Below are positions 48,031 to 59,540 of a DNA stretch of 64,000 nucleotides, in pieces. Under the pieces are notes generated by a model that did not search any database, was not told the DNA's origin, and saw only the letters and a list, made by a program, of their open reading frames with translations. A program made the position numbers and the translations under genes. Where the stretch lies: NCBI GenBank assembly GCA_040285855.1, contig JAUFOQ010000016.1:1054001-1118000 (forward strand). The letters are read 5' to 3'. The stretch is from Eukaryota sp. GEM-RC1 (taxonomy: Eukaryota). Position 1 is the first letter of the stretch. Every line of letters begins with the position of its first letter.

Positions 48031-51000
48031 ATGAAATTGAAATCGACTAGCAGCATTACCTAAATGATCGAAATTAAAAGTTGATATTTTAAGTGGTACC
48101 TTAACTGAACAATCATTATTTGGAATTGCAGGTAGTGAACAACTATCACTTCTAGAGGCCTTAAGTCTTTCATCACTGGTAATAGGCATTCTGTTTAAAA
48201 CATTTAAATGTGGCAAAGTGGAAATACAAACGTCCCTAAACAGATTCTTCCTTGCAATAGGACATCCATGAAGGTCCAGGTACTTAAGCTTTGAACAAAA
48301 ATTAGCTATTCTGGAGATTTCATAACTATCAGAAATTCGATTATTTGAGAGTTCTAATGATATCAAAGAGGCTACGCATAGAGCAGAAAGAGTCCGAATA
48401 GAGTTGTCATTTAAATATAGATGAGTAATATTTGAATTTGAAAAGGCATTAACATTAATAGAAACAATGTTATTGCGACTCAAGTCAAGATAGTACAACT
48501 TTGAACTTCCAAAGAAACCACTGTCAATACTGGAAAAACAATTATTAGCAACAATTAACTTTTGCAGAGATGATAGCCTGTTCAATGGTATGTAATTGAT
48601 TGTTGGAATCTGACAGTCACTCAAATCAAGCTCAGTCAATGATTGGATACTTGCCAAGCCAGACAAACTACTTGGAGTGGTAAACTTGTTGCAAACAAGT
48701 GAGAGGCATTTTAAAACTGGAACCCTAAAAGCAATATTCACTAGATCATCTGTAGATTTTAAACAATTGTGATCCAAACTAAGACATTTCAAATTTTCAA
48801 AAATAGGAACTTCTGTAATCGATGTGACTGTGAAGGCATGTAACTGTCGTAAACCAAGACCACTCAAATCAAGCGAGGCGATTTCCTGAGAATTCCTTTT
48901 GAAACTCTGATTGCGATTAAATTTACAAACTTTTCGGACTAATATTTCCCTAGTTAAACGACCGGTAAACATTGAGCTAGCTTGAGTTCGATTCTCATGC
49001 GTAATGAGCTGCCCATTTAAAGCTTTTAATTTTTTTAATGAAAAGAGAGTTGAATAGAAGAATTCTGGATCTTCTACAACTGGACTACTAGATACGTCAA
49101 ATATAGAAAGTTTTTGAAGTCTTCTGAGTGGTCTAAAAGGGGATATATCATTGATGCAAGTGAAACTTAGAAATAAATGAGAGATTTTTGGAGATTTTTC
49201 AATATTGTCCAATGAGTTAATGGGATTATGAGACAGATTGAGAAAACGGAGTTCACCGAGGGGTGGGAATGTGTCGAAATTTTTAATATAGTTATGTGAG
49301 AGGCTCAAAAAGTACATAAAATTGAGAGAAAATTGAGACAGTACACCAAAGTTGGAAAACAAATTCTGATTAAGTGACAGCGACTCCAAAAACGAAACAT
49401 TTGGTAAAAAAGCTAAAAATTTAAAAGTGTCCAATAAATTGTCATTCAGAGACAAAACTTTTAGTGACTTGAAGTTAATCAAAAAGTGCAGCGACTCGCA
49501 AGTCAGTCGTTGATTATCTAAAATAAGCTCAACGACATTAGAGCAATTAATATTGGTAAAATTTGAAAAATGTAGAGATTCAGAGTGCAGAAGCTCTAAT
49601 TTAGCCGATTGACAGAGAATATAAGTAGAAGCGACAATTAGATCATCATTTTCATTTCGATCACTGACGACTGGTAATAAATTGAAATATTTTAAATTTT
49701 TAAACTTGTTAATAAGTAAATAATTGATTTTGGATGACGAACAAACGGAATTCTGTCTTAAATCCAAACAGGTTAATTCGGGAACGTACTGTTTGCAATC
49801 AGATGATATAGAGTCAAGGGTTGACACCAAGTTCTTAATCAAAATAAGTGTTGTTAACTTTGGGAAAAAACTTGGAAATTTAATTCTGGAAATTTCATTA
49901 TATGAAACATCGACAAATTCTACATTTGGGAAAGCAGTCAAAAAGTCCAAATTTTTAACATTTCCAAAGCATAGCTCTAATTTTAGTATCTTCACCATAT
50001 TTAAAGAACCTCCAAGGTTCTTCAAATTGGTATTAGTATATATTTGGCTCTGTGAAAACTTTCTAGAATCATCATTCATGGGGTCTGATTGAACTGAATT
50101 GAGTTTTGAGTGGAAGTGGTCTCGCAGCAGACTTGCCACAATAGAAGTTGATTTCTGACCTTCATGAGACTTTGATGAGCAGTCGTGATCTGTCAAATCA
50201 AGAAGACCAATCAAAGTTGATTGATAAATAACCCCAACCGTAATAACAACCGGTAGAAGTCCCTTAAATTTCTGAATTTGTCTGTAAACGTTTTTGATTA
50301 GCGAAGACCAGTCATAGAGGTCAACATTATGTTCATCAATAGGTCCAAAAATACAATCAGAAAGAGAAAAATGACCTAGAGTCGAGTTTGTTAATATCGA
50401 AAATTTTAAATTTCTCGAAATAATTTCATTTTGTTTGAAAGGGTGCATTGAGATAAAACACGACCTACAACAGAAAAGAGAAGATCGAGATAGCAATGAC
50501 GTATCCAGACCTAATTTAACTAAAAAGGAACAGTCCCAATCAAATTTTAAATTTCCACAAGAATCAAACTCTATCCATTGTAGCACCAATTCAAATTTTA
50601 AACAATTTTCCAAGGATTTCCGATAATGTTGAAGGAGTTGTTGGTAATAATGATAATCTGAGTTGATTTCAGATATAGTGGATTCTTCACGGGAAGAATC
50701 TTCAAATGTCAGACAATTTTCAAATTTTATACGAGTTGAAACTGAATGATTTAACTCCAAATCGTGAATTACTTTGGAAATTTTAATACTTGCTTCATTG
50801 ATGAGTCCTTGAAAGAAATTTGAAATTTTCTGCACTCTGTTGGAGTAATATCCGTACTTCTTTAAAGTGGTTGCCTCCGCATCAATCACTTCCTGTTCTT
50901 CTACCTTACGACCGTCAAGATACGATAACTTTGGGAAGATTCCAATAACCCCTAATCGATAATTAACCGAGTAACAGACAGGAGCTGGAGAGAAAAGAAG

Positions 51001-51567
51001 GTGGGAGAAAGAAAGAGATGATAGTGAGGGGATGTGGAACTTGCGAATGGTGAACAAGTGATGAAAGGGGTTCCCGGCGATATTCAAATCCTCCAGGTGA
51101 GCGAGGGTGGAGAGGGTGGAAAAGTCAGTAATGTTGTTTTGAGCAACATTGAGAGAAGTAATGTTGGGGATTAATGGAATTAGGTTTGTGATTGAGGTAA
51201 GAGAGTTGTTGGAGAGGTCAAGGTGTTGGAGGGAAGTTAGTACAGGGAATGAGGGAGGTATTGAGGTGATGTGGTTGGAGTAGAGGAATAGATGAGTAAG
51301 ATTCAGTAGCTTAGGGAAGTTAGAGAGATCTGATATGGAAGTTTCAATGAGGAATAGTTTGTTTAGCAGAGGGGCAGTGTGAAGATTATCTAGGTTGTTA
51401 AGACTGCAGTTGATAACATGAAGCTCGTTTAATGCAGTGTAAAGTGTGAAGTCGGGGAGCATTTCGAAGTCTGAACGCATGAAGAATTCTAACTTAGAAG
51501 CGCATGAAGGAGAAGGTGACGAGAGTCCATCATCTAAGAAGGAGTGAACAGACGTTTGGATGTTCAT
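48025..51567 (-). CDS. LRRC9: Large leucine-rich-repeat protein, LRRC9-like
   Basis: Several LRR blocks with LRRcap motifs. AEATTLKKYGYYSNRV and MFTGRLTREIL resemble LRRC9. First ATG at 51567. Confidence 0.75.
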   Translation of the reverse strand: MNIQTSVHSFLDDGLSSPSPSCASKLEFFMRSDFEMLPDFTLYTALNELHVINCSLNNLDNLHTAPLLNKLFLIETSISDLSNFPKLLNLTHLFLYSNHITSIPPSFPVLTSLQHLDLSNNSLTSITNLIPLIPNITSLNVAQNNITDFSTLSTLAHLEDLNIAGNPFHHLFTIRKFHIPSLSSLSFSHLLFSPAPVCYSVNYRLGVIGIFPKLSYLDGRKVEEQEVIDAEATTLKKYGYYSNRVQKISNFFQGLINEASIKISKVIHDLELNHSVSTRIKFENCLTFEDSSREESTISEINSDYHYYQQLLQHYRKSLENCLKFELVLQWIEFDSCGNLKFDWDCSFLVKLGLDTSLLSRSSLFCCRSCFISMHPFKQNEIISRNLKFSILTNSTLGHFSLSDCIFGPIDEHNVDLYDWSSLIKNVYRQIQKFKGLLPVVITVGVIYQSTLIGLLDLTDHDCSSKSHEGQKSTSIVASLLRDHFHSKLNSVQSDPMNDDSRKFSQSQIYTNTNLKNLGGSLNMVKILKLELCFGNVKNLDFLTAFPNVEFVDVSYNEISRIKFPSFFPKLTTLILIKNLVSTLDSISSDCKQYVPELTCLDLRQNSVCSSSKINYLLINKFKNLKYFNLLPVVSDRNENDDLIVASTYILCQSAKLELLHSESLHFSNFTNINCSNVVELILDNQRLTCESLHFLINFKSLKVLSLNDNLLDTFKFLAFLPNVSFLESLSLNQNLFSNFGVLSQFSLNFMYFLSLSHNYIKNFDTFPPLGELRFLNLSHNPINSLDNIEKSPKISHLFLSFTCINDISPFRPLRRLQKLSIFDVSSSPVVEDPEFFYSTLFSLKKLKALNGQLITHENRTQASSMFTGRLTREILVRKVCKFNRNQSFKRNSQEIASLDLSGLGLRQLHAFTVTSITEVPIFENLKCLSLDHNCLKSTDDLVNIAFRVPVLKCLSLVCNKFTTPSSLSGLASIQSLTELDLSDCQIPTINYIPLNRLSSLQKLIVANNCFSSIDSGFFGSSKLYYLDLSRNNIVSINVNAFSNSNITHLYLNDNSIRTLSALCVASLISLELSNNRISDSYEISRIANFCSKLKYLDLHGCPIARKNLFRDVCISTLPHLNVLNRMPITSDERLKASRSDSCSLPAIPNNDCSVKVPLKISTFNFDHLGNAASRFQFHS

Positions 51568-51832
51568 TGATGCATTGAGTTGGACAAAACTGGGTGTTGA
51601 TTGAAAAGCCAACGTCTGCAAATTTCTTTTTCGTTTTCAGAACGTCTTTTGATGAAAATACTACAGTAGAAAAAAACACAATATTGAGATCACAGATTAA
51701 TTAAACATCTCAATTACATTGATTTATTTGAAAGAAAGTTGATTCAACAGCAAAATCACTGAGACTTACCACTGAATAATAAACATATATTGTATACAAT
51801 CCACTCCAGTCTTAGTTACCAAAGGTTCACCT

Positions 51833-54149
51833 TCAAGACTGAGCTATTGAACGTGATCTCACAGCTCTATTCAAGACACCAGACCGTGGAAGTTCTATAT
51901 CAAAGATCTTACAAGCCTCGTGCTTCAAATTCAACAACAAATCACAATGCGCTGTCCTCACACAGCCTAAAGCCTCTTTAGTATCCTCAAAATTAGCAAA
52001 ACACAGTCTGCAGGGAGCATGCTTCTGCCCACCCCCCTCAACTGTACTTATATTTAAACTAGAAGGATCTGTACGGAGGATAACAGCTTTAACAAACAAT
52101 AGAGGATAAACTCTTTTGATAACTAGATCCTGACCGTTATATACACAAATAGCCAAATGACTACAGTTTTTGTAGTGTAGGAAGGCTCCCCCTTGCCGGT
52201 AGAACGGTATCTATCAATTGAACAGCACAGTTACAAACCTGAACGTCTGAATCTTCGAAGTTATCAGGAGAGAAGACGGTGTTTGGGCGGAGTTTGTTGG
52301 GGGGAGAAACAGTTAGCTCTAATTTTGAATTATTCTGAAAATTCAAACGTTCTAGCCCGAACAAATTTGCTTGAGATTTCAGAACATGGAACTTGTACAA
52401 CAACGAACTCAGATACAAATCATGAGACTCATCTAATACTGCGTGTCTAAGCCCACACGTTACTAAAACTTTGGGATGGGATAATAGAAAACAATTGCCA
52501 TCAGAAATGATCGAATCAATTGAGGTAGGCAATGACGTCATTGAGTGATGGACAGAGGTGTACTCAGCAAAAAAGTAACCAGGCTTAACAGAAGGGTTGG
52601 AGCTTAGGGAAAGGAACTGTTCTCCAATGATGGTGAGTAAATAATTTGAAATTTTTAAAAGATGAGGTGATAGTTGGTCTAACGAAATCATTTTGAGATT
52701 TAGTAATTTTGTAAATATTTTCATAATTAAGTGAAACGCAATGGGGGGCGTTTTTTGATTTTGAATCAATTCAAAACAGTAGAAAAGTACTGACTCAATA
52801 GCAGAAGATGAGTCAAACAAAGTACTCAGAATTTTTAAAATATCATCAGAAGATATTTTGAGTGAAACTATGCTATATACAAGTAGAATTCCACTAATGT
52901 TGAGTAAGCAACACTGTGTAAGAAACAAGGAATTGATGAAATTAAAAGATTGTTGAAAAGAAGCAAAGGTATTACAAATACTTTCAAATAATTTAGACTT
53001 ATGTGGTAGAATTGCCAATAGTTGCACGGCATAGAGCACCTTCCATGACATTAAATCAACCGGACAATCTTCATCCAGGCCATCCAGAATCCAATCAAAA
53101 TTGATTGACAAATGACCAAAGAGACGCTCAGAAATAGCATCAATCTCTAATCCCAAAACGTCAGCAATGTACAACATATGATCAAATCTCTCAGACACAC
53201 TTGCCTTAAACCGAGAAACCATACTAAGCAGCGTAGAATCATTTTTGATTGATTCCCCAAATATTTCAGACAACTCGCCCAACGACTTCTTCCACCCCCC
53301 TAATATAGTCTCAGAAAGAGACTTAAGAAAAGGTCGACTTCCACCATTGGCCAGTATTAAACCTTTAGTTTCATTACCAAAGTCTGGTTTCTCATAGACA
53401 TTGACATCTCCAGGATCAGTTTTAACAAGTAACGAGGATCCAATGGCTAACTCTTGGAAGTCTCCCGAGCTTGAGTTAAAGGGGAGGACTTCAATTGCAG
53501 GAAGCAGTTCCTTGTCCTGATCAACAACGAAATTAATGAAAGATTCTAGTTTGATTTTAAAAAGAGCTAGAGTAAGAGTTCTGATGGCCAACCTCACATG
53601 ACTTTCATTAAAGTCAAAGAAGTTCACACTGGTAGTATAGATCATACAGTCGTTTAAGTCGGGATCAAAAAAGAATTGTAGAGTTGTGGTGTCCAAACGA
53701 AGTGCAATGGCTTTAACAAGGGCTATGTAGTAGGGGAGGACGTCGTCTTGAGAGGATAGAAGAGAGTATGAAAAGGAAGGATTCCTGATGAGGGTGTTGA
53801 TGGAGTTGTTAGAGAGGAGGTAGTATATGGCATCTGTGTTGGTCATGTTGGAGATAAGGATGGAAAAGGTCTGTAGTATCTCTATTTTGATATCAATAGT
53901 TGCATGGTCAGGGAGAGCAATGAGTTTGGGAAGGATTCCATGTTCAAGAAAACACTGAAAGAAAATGGAGTCTGTTCGGTCACTCCACAGGATAAGATCA
54001 GCAATGTCTTTGAGGATAGCACAGATCTTTGGCGAATCTAATCTAGGTTTTGTACATTCTTTATCAAGATTGATACAAAGAGATTCAAAGTGCTGGAGGC
54101 TGTACCGGTTGGTAGAGCTGAACAAGCGAGAAGCCCAAGAGAAAGACAT
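51833..54149 (-). CDS. CLEC16A: CLEC16A/TT9 (FPL-domain) protein
   Basis: IADLILWSD..FFQCFLE, ILQTFSILISN..IYYLLSNNSINTLI, YYIALVKAIALRL..QFFF, VRLAIRTLTL. Frame break at C5 52188-52192. Confidence 0.88.
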
Positions 54150-54651
54150 CTAGATGATGGAGTAAATCAGAATTTTTATTCAACGACTAGTAGAACATTC
54201 TTAAACATACTACTACGTAGTAGTAGTATTCACTTGAGCACACACTCACACATGTTAATAAACAAAGTTTTGTTCTTATGCAATGACGAACTGTCATTGG
54301 AATCCAAGTATAGTGTCCTTTATTAGTTCAAATTAACGAAAGTTGTTAGTTTTAACTGGATATTTACCAAACAATCCAGTGTGAATCGTTCACTAAAAAG
54401 TTATCTGATACTTACGTTATTTGGTTTACGTTTTTCCTTCTCCAAAACAAACAAGTTTTTGTAAAGTAAACAGTATTTCATTGGAGCATAACGAACTCAA
54501 TTGATGAGTGGATGAAAAGAATAGATCTTTAAAAAGTTTTAAGTATTAAACAAGGTTTAGAACTGTCAAACGACTCGGCCAAAGTCATATCGAAAGTTCA
54601 TCAAAATTAAATACACTTTTAATTTAACTTTCTTAAACCCTTCAATCTAAA

Positions 54652-55674
54652 ATGGGTAACAAAGCATCTAGACCAACTACTGTTCCACCTCCTGACGCAG
54701 GAACTACGAGAAGAAGTAGAGGAGCTACCCCAGCGACACGTAAGGCACGAACAGACAACAATGCTTCTGCACCTAATCGTCGTGCCAATCCCAACAGAAA
54801 TGGAAACCCCTCTTCAAACAGACGTGACTTCTTTATTGATCACTCGAACAACCCAATCAAAATCCCCAACATCTTTGGAAAACCTCGAACTGATGATGTC
54901 CGATCCGCTTTGAATATTTTAGCCCGAAGTGATCCTGAGCTGCAGAGACAGGGCAAATTTCTGTTTGATGAAACATATGGAAGCTATTATGCCAATTTTT
55001 CCGTGTCAGATGAAACTAAACAGGCCAAAAGAATGCGCAGTGCGTGGGTAGATGCCACCAGGAAAAGACACAACCGCTTTCTAATTCTGAAGCACTGGAA
55101 CCCTAGACATCAAATGGTTAAGGAACCTATGTTGCTTGTTACTAGGACCGGTAACAAGTATGTAGCCCAGCAAACACACAGCTGGACACTCTTCAGAAGG
55201 TCAACATACGCAAGTACACGCCGTGGACCTGTTCAAATGGGTATGAAGGGTTTCATTCAAGAGTTTAGTTCCAAACTGAGAGCACAATTTGGGAATAGAC
55301 GTCCTAAGTGGGAGATCTATCTATACCGAGGGTACATCTACACAAAACACATGCCGCGTATCTTAAAACAGAACGAAGCTGATTTGATTAACAATCAAAT
55401 ATTTACACTGTTTCTATACATTTTGGAATATCACAAGATTGATGTGAGTGATATTACTCAATTTGCTGGAATGGAAAGAAATGCGCCACTTACTGCAGGT
55501 CATCTTGGCGATGCTTTTCTATTTCTTCCTCGCTATCTAATCGAACAAGTAAACGACCTTGAAAACCATCCTTTCTCAGACAGGGATAGGGAAATCTGCG
55601 GAGAATGGAATATGAGAGAAACTGTAGAATATCGAGCTCAAATCCAGAATGCTTTTCGAGATGTTCGTATTTAA
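54652..55674 (+). CDS. Unknown protein family member 1 (340 aa, MGNKAS N-terminus)
   Basis: Intact intronless ORF with clear paralogs at 57642-58713 and 59541-60530. Confidence 0.8.
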   Translation: MGNKASRPTTVPPPDAGTTRRSRGATPATRKARTDNNASAPNRRANPNRNGNPSSNRRDFFIDHSNNPIKIPNIFGKPRTDDVRSALNILARSDPELQRQGKFLFDETYGSYYANFSVSDETKQAKRMRSAWVDATRKRHNRFLILKHWNPRHQMVKEPMLLVTRTGNKYVAQQTHSWTLFRRSTYASTRRGPVQMGMKGFIQEFSSKLRAQFGNRRPKWEIYLYRGYIYTKHMPRILKQNEADLINNQIFTLFLYILEYHKIDVSDITQFAGMERNAPLTAGHLGDAFLFLPRYLIEQVNDLENHPFSDRDREICGEWNMRETVEYRAQIQNAFRDVRI

Positions 55675-55859
55675 AATTTGTTATTTGTTTCGATATGGTT
55701 TTGGTACAGAGAGATACAAATCTTACATAGAGAGCATTATTTAGAGCGTATTTTGTCATATATCAATTCAGTTTCCCACTCGAACTACTATAAAACATCT
55801 CCTGGTACTTGTTGTACACATTTGTATTTTCGTTGCACAGTTCTTTAAGTAACTCTACA

Positions 55860-56080
55860 ACAGTATTAGTATTTATAATTGTGGCGAAGGATTTAAACCA
55901 ACATTCAGGATTTTTGATCTCAAAATTTTGTAAAAATCGGATTGTCTCTATCTTGCAAGGGATGGTGTTCTTTGTTGTTAGCGCTCTAGTATCTCTTGTA
56001 GAGGGTTATGCAGAGGAGACGGGTGAACATTGCGAAATACCGTAGGAAAATTCGACTTTGAGAATATTGATTATTAGACT
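55860..56080 (+). mobile_element. 3' tip of RLE retrotransposon (subfamily of 33610-35483)
   Basis: KNRIV..GMV..VVSAL and GACTTTGAG.ATATTGATTATTAGA are shared with 33608-33770. Confidence 0.7.
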
Positions 56081-56346
56081 GCTTAATTCTTACATACACT
56101 TTAATTTATTTGAGAAGGACATAGTACCTTGGTATTACCTTCTTATTGGTACAGTTTCTAGGGCTGTCAAAAATTGAACCGTGAACTGATGAGACTATAC
56201 CTTTATTGTGGTCTATTCTAGAGCACCTGTTTTCCTTGGTCTATTAGGCAGGGTGTAGTATCTTGAGCATAAATTGAATGGTGGAAAATGAATACATGAG
56301 TATCAAAAAGGGATGATTTATCTTAAATTACAAGAACAATTAAAAG

Positions 56347-57268
56347 GATTTTATGTTATAAATTAACGAAATACAAACAACTAGTACTTAAAAGATATTA
56401 AATGATCCACATCTACTCTTGAACTACCACGATACAATTTGTCCAGAATACGATTCAAATACTTTGGGAAACTTCTATATAAGGAAAAAACAATGCGATT
56501 ACGCCAAAGAGACTGATTAAAATTTTTCCTATGATCACGGCACAACTTTGAAAAGGCATCAAAGAAATTTTCAGCAGCAAATCCAATATTACCAAGAATT
56601 GAAATAGCAAACGGAATGAACTTAAAAGAAGAATACAAATTGGAATTCAGTTTGATCATTGTGTCAGAATATGTACTAATCTTTCTTTTTTCAGCTTTGG
56701 ATAAATGATTTTCAGTATCACTCGAAACTGAATTCAAATATACTTTAGCACATGGATCAACAGTAGTAAAATCTATCACAGCTTGACAAGAATCAAGATA
56801 TGGAACAATGAGATCACCTCGTCGAGAATTGGTAATATTATCATCACTATAATGCTTAAGAAGAGGTTCGATTTTCCCATTAAACCCATGACATTTAAAC
56901 ATTTCATACGTAACATCACGAACAGCATTGTGTAAAATTGATCTAAACTGAAGAAATTTTTTGCAACTAACAATGTGTCTGAAGTCAGCTTTTGGTCTCT
57001 TATCACAACAACACATAGTATTAGCTAACAATTCAGATGGAAACAGACCTAAGCGTAGACGCATGTTAAGTTTCCAAGCCTCATTATTGAGATGAAGACC
57101 ATAAGGTCTAGGCTGTTGAGTAATAATCGATGAACAGTTTTTTAAATCCAAAAGAAAAGCAGCAAAGACGGGATTATTTACCTTAGTAACACTAAGACGT
57201 TTAGAAAAATCCAAGTCCTCTAAGCCATGTAAAACACAAGAACAATTGTTCCAATACATTACCATCAT
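56347..57268 (-). mobile_element. 5'-truncated RLE retrotransposon, young copy
   Basis: Intact CCHC + RLE reading frame, near-identical to 32760-33397 up to a shared 3' end ...ATAACATAAAATC. Confidence 0.93.
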
Positions 57269-57641
57269 TTCTTCTTCGTAAAATGGGATTACTGTTTTAA
57301 ATTTACTGCTTGAGGATGATTAAAGGAACACATTTTCCAATATGGACGACACCTGTCATCGACATCAACACTCATTAAAGCGTTTGTTCGTTCATCGCTT
57401 CACTGATGATCAGAAAGTCATGAAGTAGAGGATATTACTGAACATTTTTTCCGTTATTGAAGCATTTTTTGTAGTCATTGTAAGAGTGATTATTAACTTG
57501 TATTTAGTGTGACTTGTAAAAGGTAAATATGAATTTAGTACTACTGTAATTTCTCTAAACTGTTGTCACTTTCATCAGCAATTTTGTGCACTACATGTAG
57601 CATCGGAACAGTAACCTTACCATGCGGAAATATTAAATTTA

Positions 57642-58713
57642 TTATGAAAAGAGTCGAATGGCCTCATAAGCCTTTTGTATCTCTGTTCTGGATGCTACGG
57701 TTTCTTTGATGTTCCATTCATCACAAAGTTCCCTATCGCGGTCTGAGAAAAGATGGTTTTCAGTGTTGGACATTGTTTCAAGGAGAAAACGAGGTAAAAA
57801 TACATGAACATCACCAATTTGACCTGCAGTACACATAAGTAATGGGGTTCGTTCTATTCCAGCAAATTCAGCAATAGTTCTAACATCAATATTATGATAG
57901 TCCAAAATGTACAAAATAAGCATGAAGACTTGGTCAAAAATGTTCTTAAATTCAGATCGATTTAACCCACGTGGTCTGTTTAATGTATAAAAATAACCTT
58001 GTAAGAGGAAGTCGACCCATTTAGGTTGATTGTTTCCAAATTCTGACCTCAAATTGAGACAATACCTTAAACCTTCCATTCAGAAAATTGGCTATGTGTT
58101 CGAAAACTCAACTTTGTGATGAGTGTCAAACTGTGTGTTTTAGAGGCCATCAAATTATCACCTGTCCTAGTAACAAGTAACATGGAATCACTAACCATTT
58201 GATGTCGTGAATTCCAGTGCTTTAAGATGAGAAAACGCTTGTGTTCTTTCCAAATGGCATCCACCCACGCACTGCGCATTCTTTTGGCATGTTCTTCTTC
58301 GTCTGGGGTCGAACATTTGGCATAGTAGTATTGATAAGTTTCATCAAACAAGAATCTCCCTTGTCGCTGTAGCTTAGGGCCACTTTGGGCTAGCATTTCA
58401 CGAATAGGTTGGACATGATAGGCTTTAGAAAATTGTTGGGGATTGTTATCGGTTCCCTCGAGTGATCAGTAAAGTGGTGGATTTGAGATCTGTTAGAGTT
58501 GGAACGACGTATAGGACCAGAATTATGGGTTTGAGTTCCAATCATTCGTACTGTAGGAGCTGTTCTGCTACTTAAATGATTAGGAGCAGACGCATTGTCT
58601 TCGGATCGTGGAATACGTGTTGCTGGATTTCTTCCTCGACTTCGTCTCGTAGTTCCGGCGTCAGGAACGGTTACTGTGTCAGCAGTAGCAGGTATGGATG
58701 GTTTGTTGCCCAT
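57642..58713 (-). pseudogene. Unknown protein family member 2, split over three frames
   Basis: MGNKPS start with shared LQRQGRFLFDETY, AKRMRSAWVDA, RFLILKHW and FAGIER. Near 58420 about 7 nt are missing relative to member 3, which is not a simple homopolymer slip. Confidence 0.7.
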
Positions 58714-59540
58714 TTCAGAAGTAAGTGAAAATGTTTAAGAAAATTCAGCTTCAACAAATTTAAATTGTGTTTGATTCTTGACAGCACAAAAAGCAACAAG
58801 AAGTGAACAGGCTAGGGGCTATTAATCAACCAACACTTTCCATGCTATTTGTACAAACTTTTGGTCAACAACACATTGTTCCAACATTGACCCTAAATTG
58901 TGTTGCTTTTCGTGGACTTATCACACTCCTATCTGTTTAACGGACCGGTCACAAAGTCCTTTCACTGTTTTAGCTGGGGAGCATACTTGATGGATAACTA
59001 GAGAATCTGTGATAACCAGCACTATCAGCAGCTGAATATTCTGCACAACCTCTCTATGTGTACATAGAGATCAATAAACGTGTATTGAATATGTTTACCA
59101 CAACATTGTCTCAATTTTGCAAAACTTCTAAAATTTACTGTAGGTCCTGATTGTTCCTGTTGCTAAAATTGTACTAAAGCTTCAACACGAACACCAACGG
59201 CGTGGCTGGTCAACGACCAGTTTCTTGAGGAACGTTACGTTTCCAGTTGACTCTGGGCGATTGCCCATATTCATTCTTTTGGTCTCGATAGAGGTTTAGT
59301 TCAGTATTAAAATGAATTGAACGATTACATGTTACTTCAGTGTGAGTGACTACATGAATCAAAATTTCCGGTCTTCTGCGTGCTACTACTAAGTTGTACA
59401 GAACGGCAGATGAGACTAGGCTTTGGTTCGATACATTTGGTTCATTGCCCAAACTATGTCAGTGTTACACCAATTGATAATTAACACGTGTGAACATGAA
59501 AGTTGTGGTATTAAATTTTAAAATTCATTTTATTTACTTC

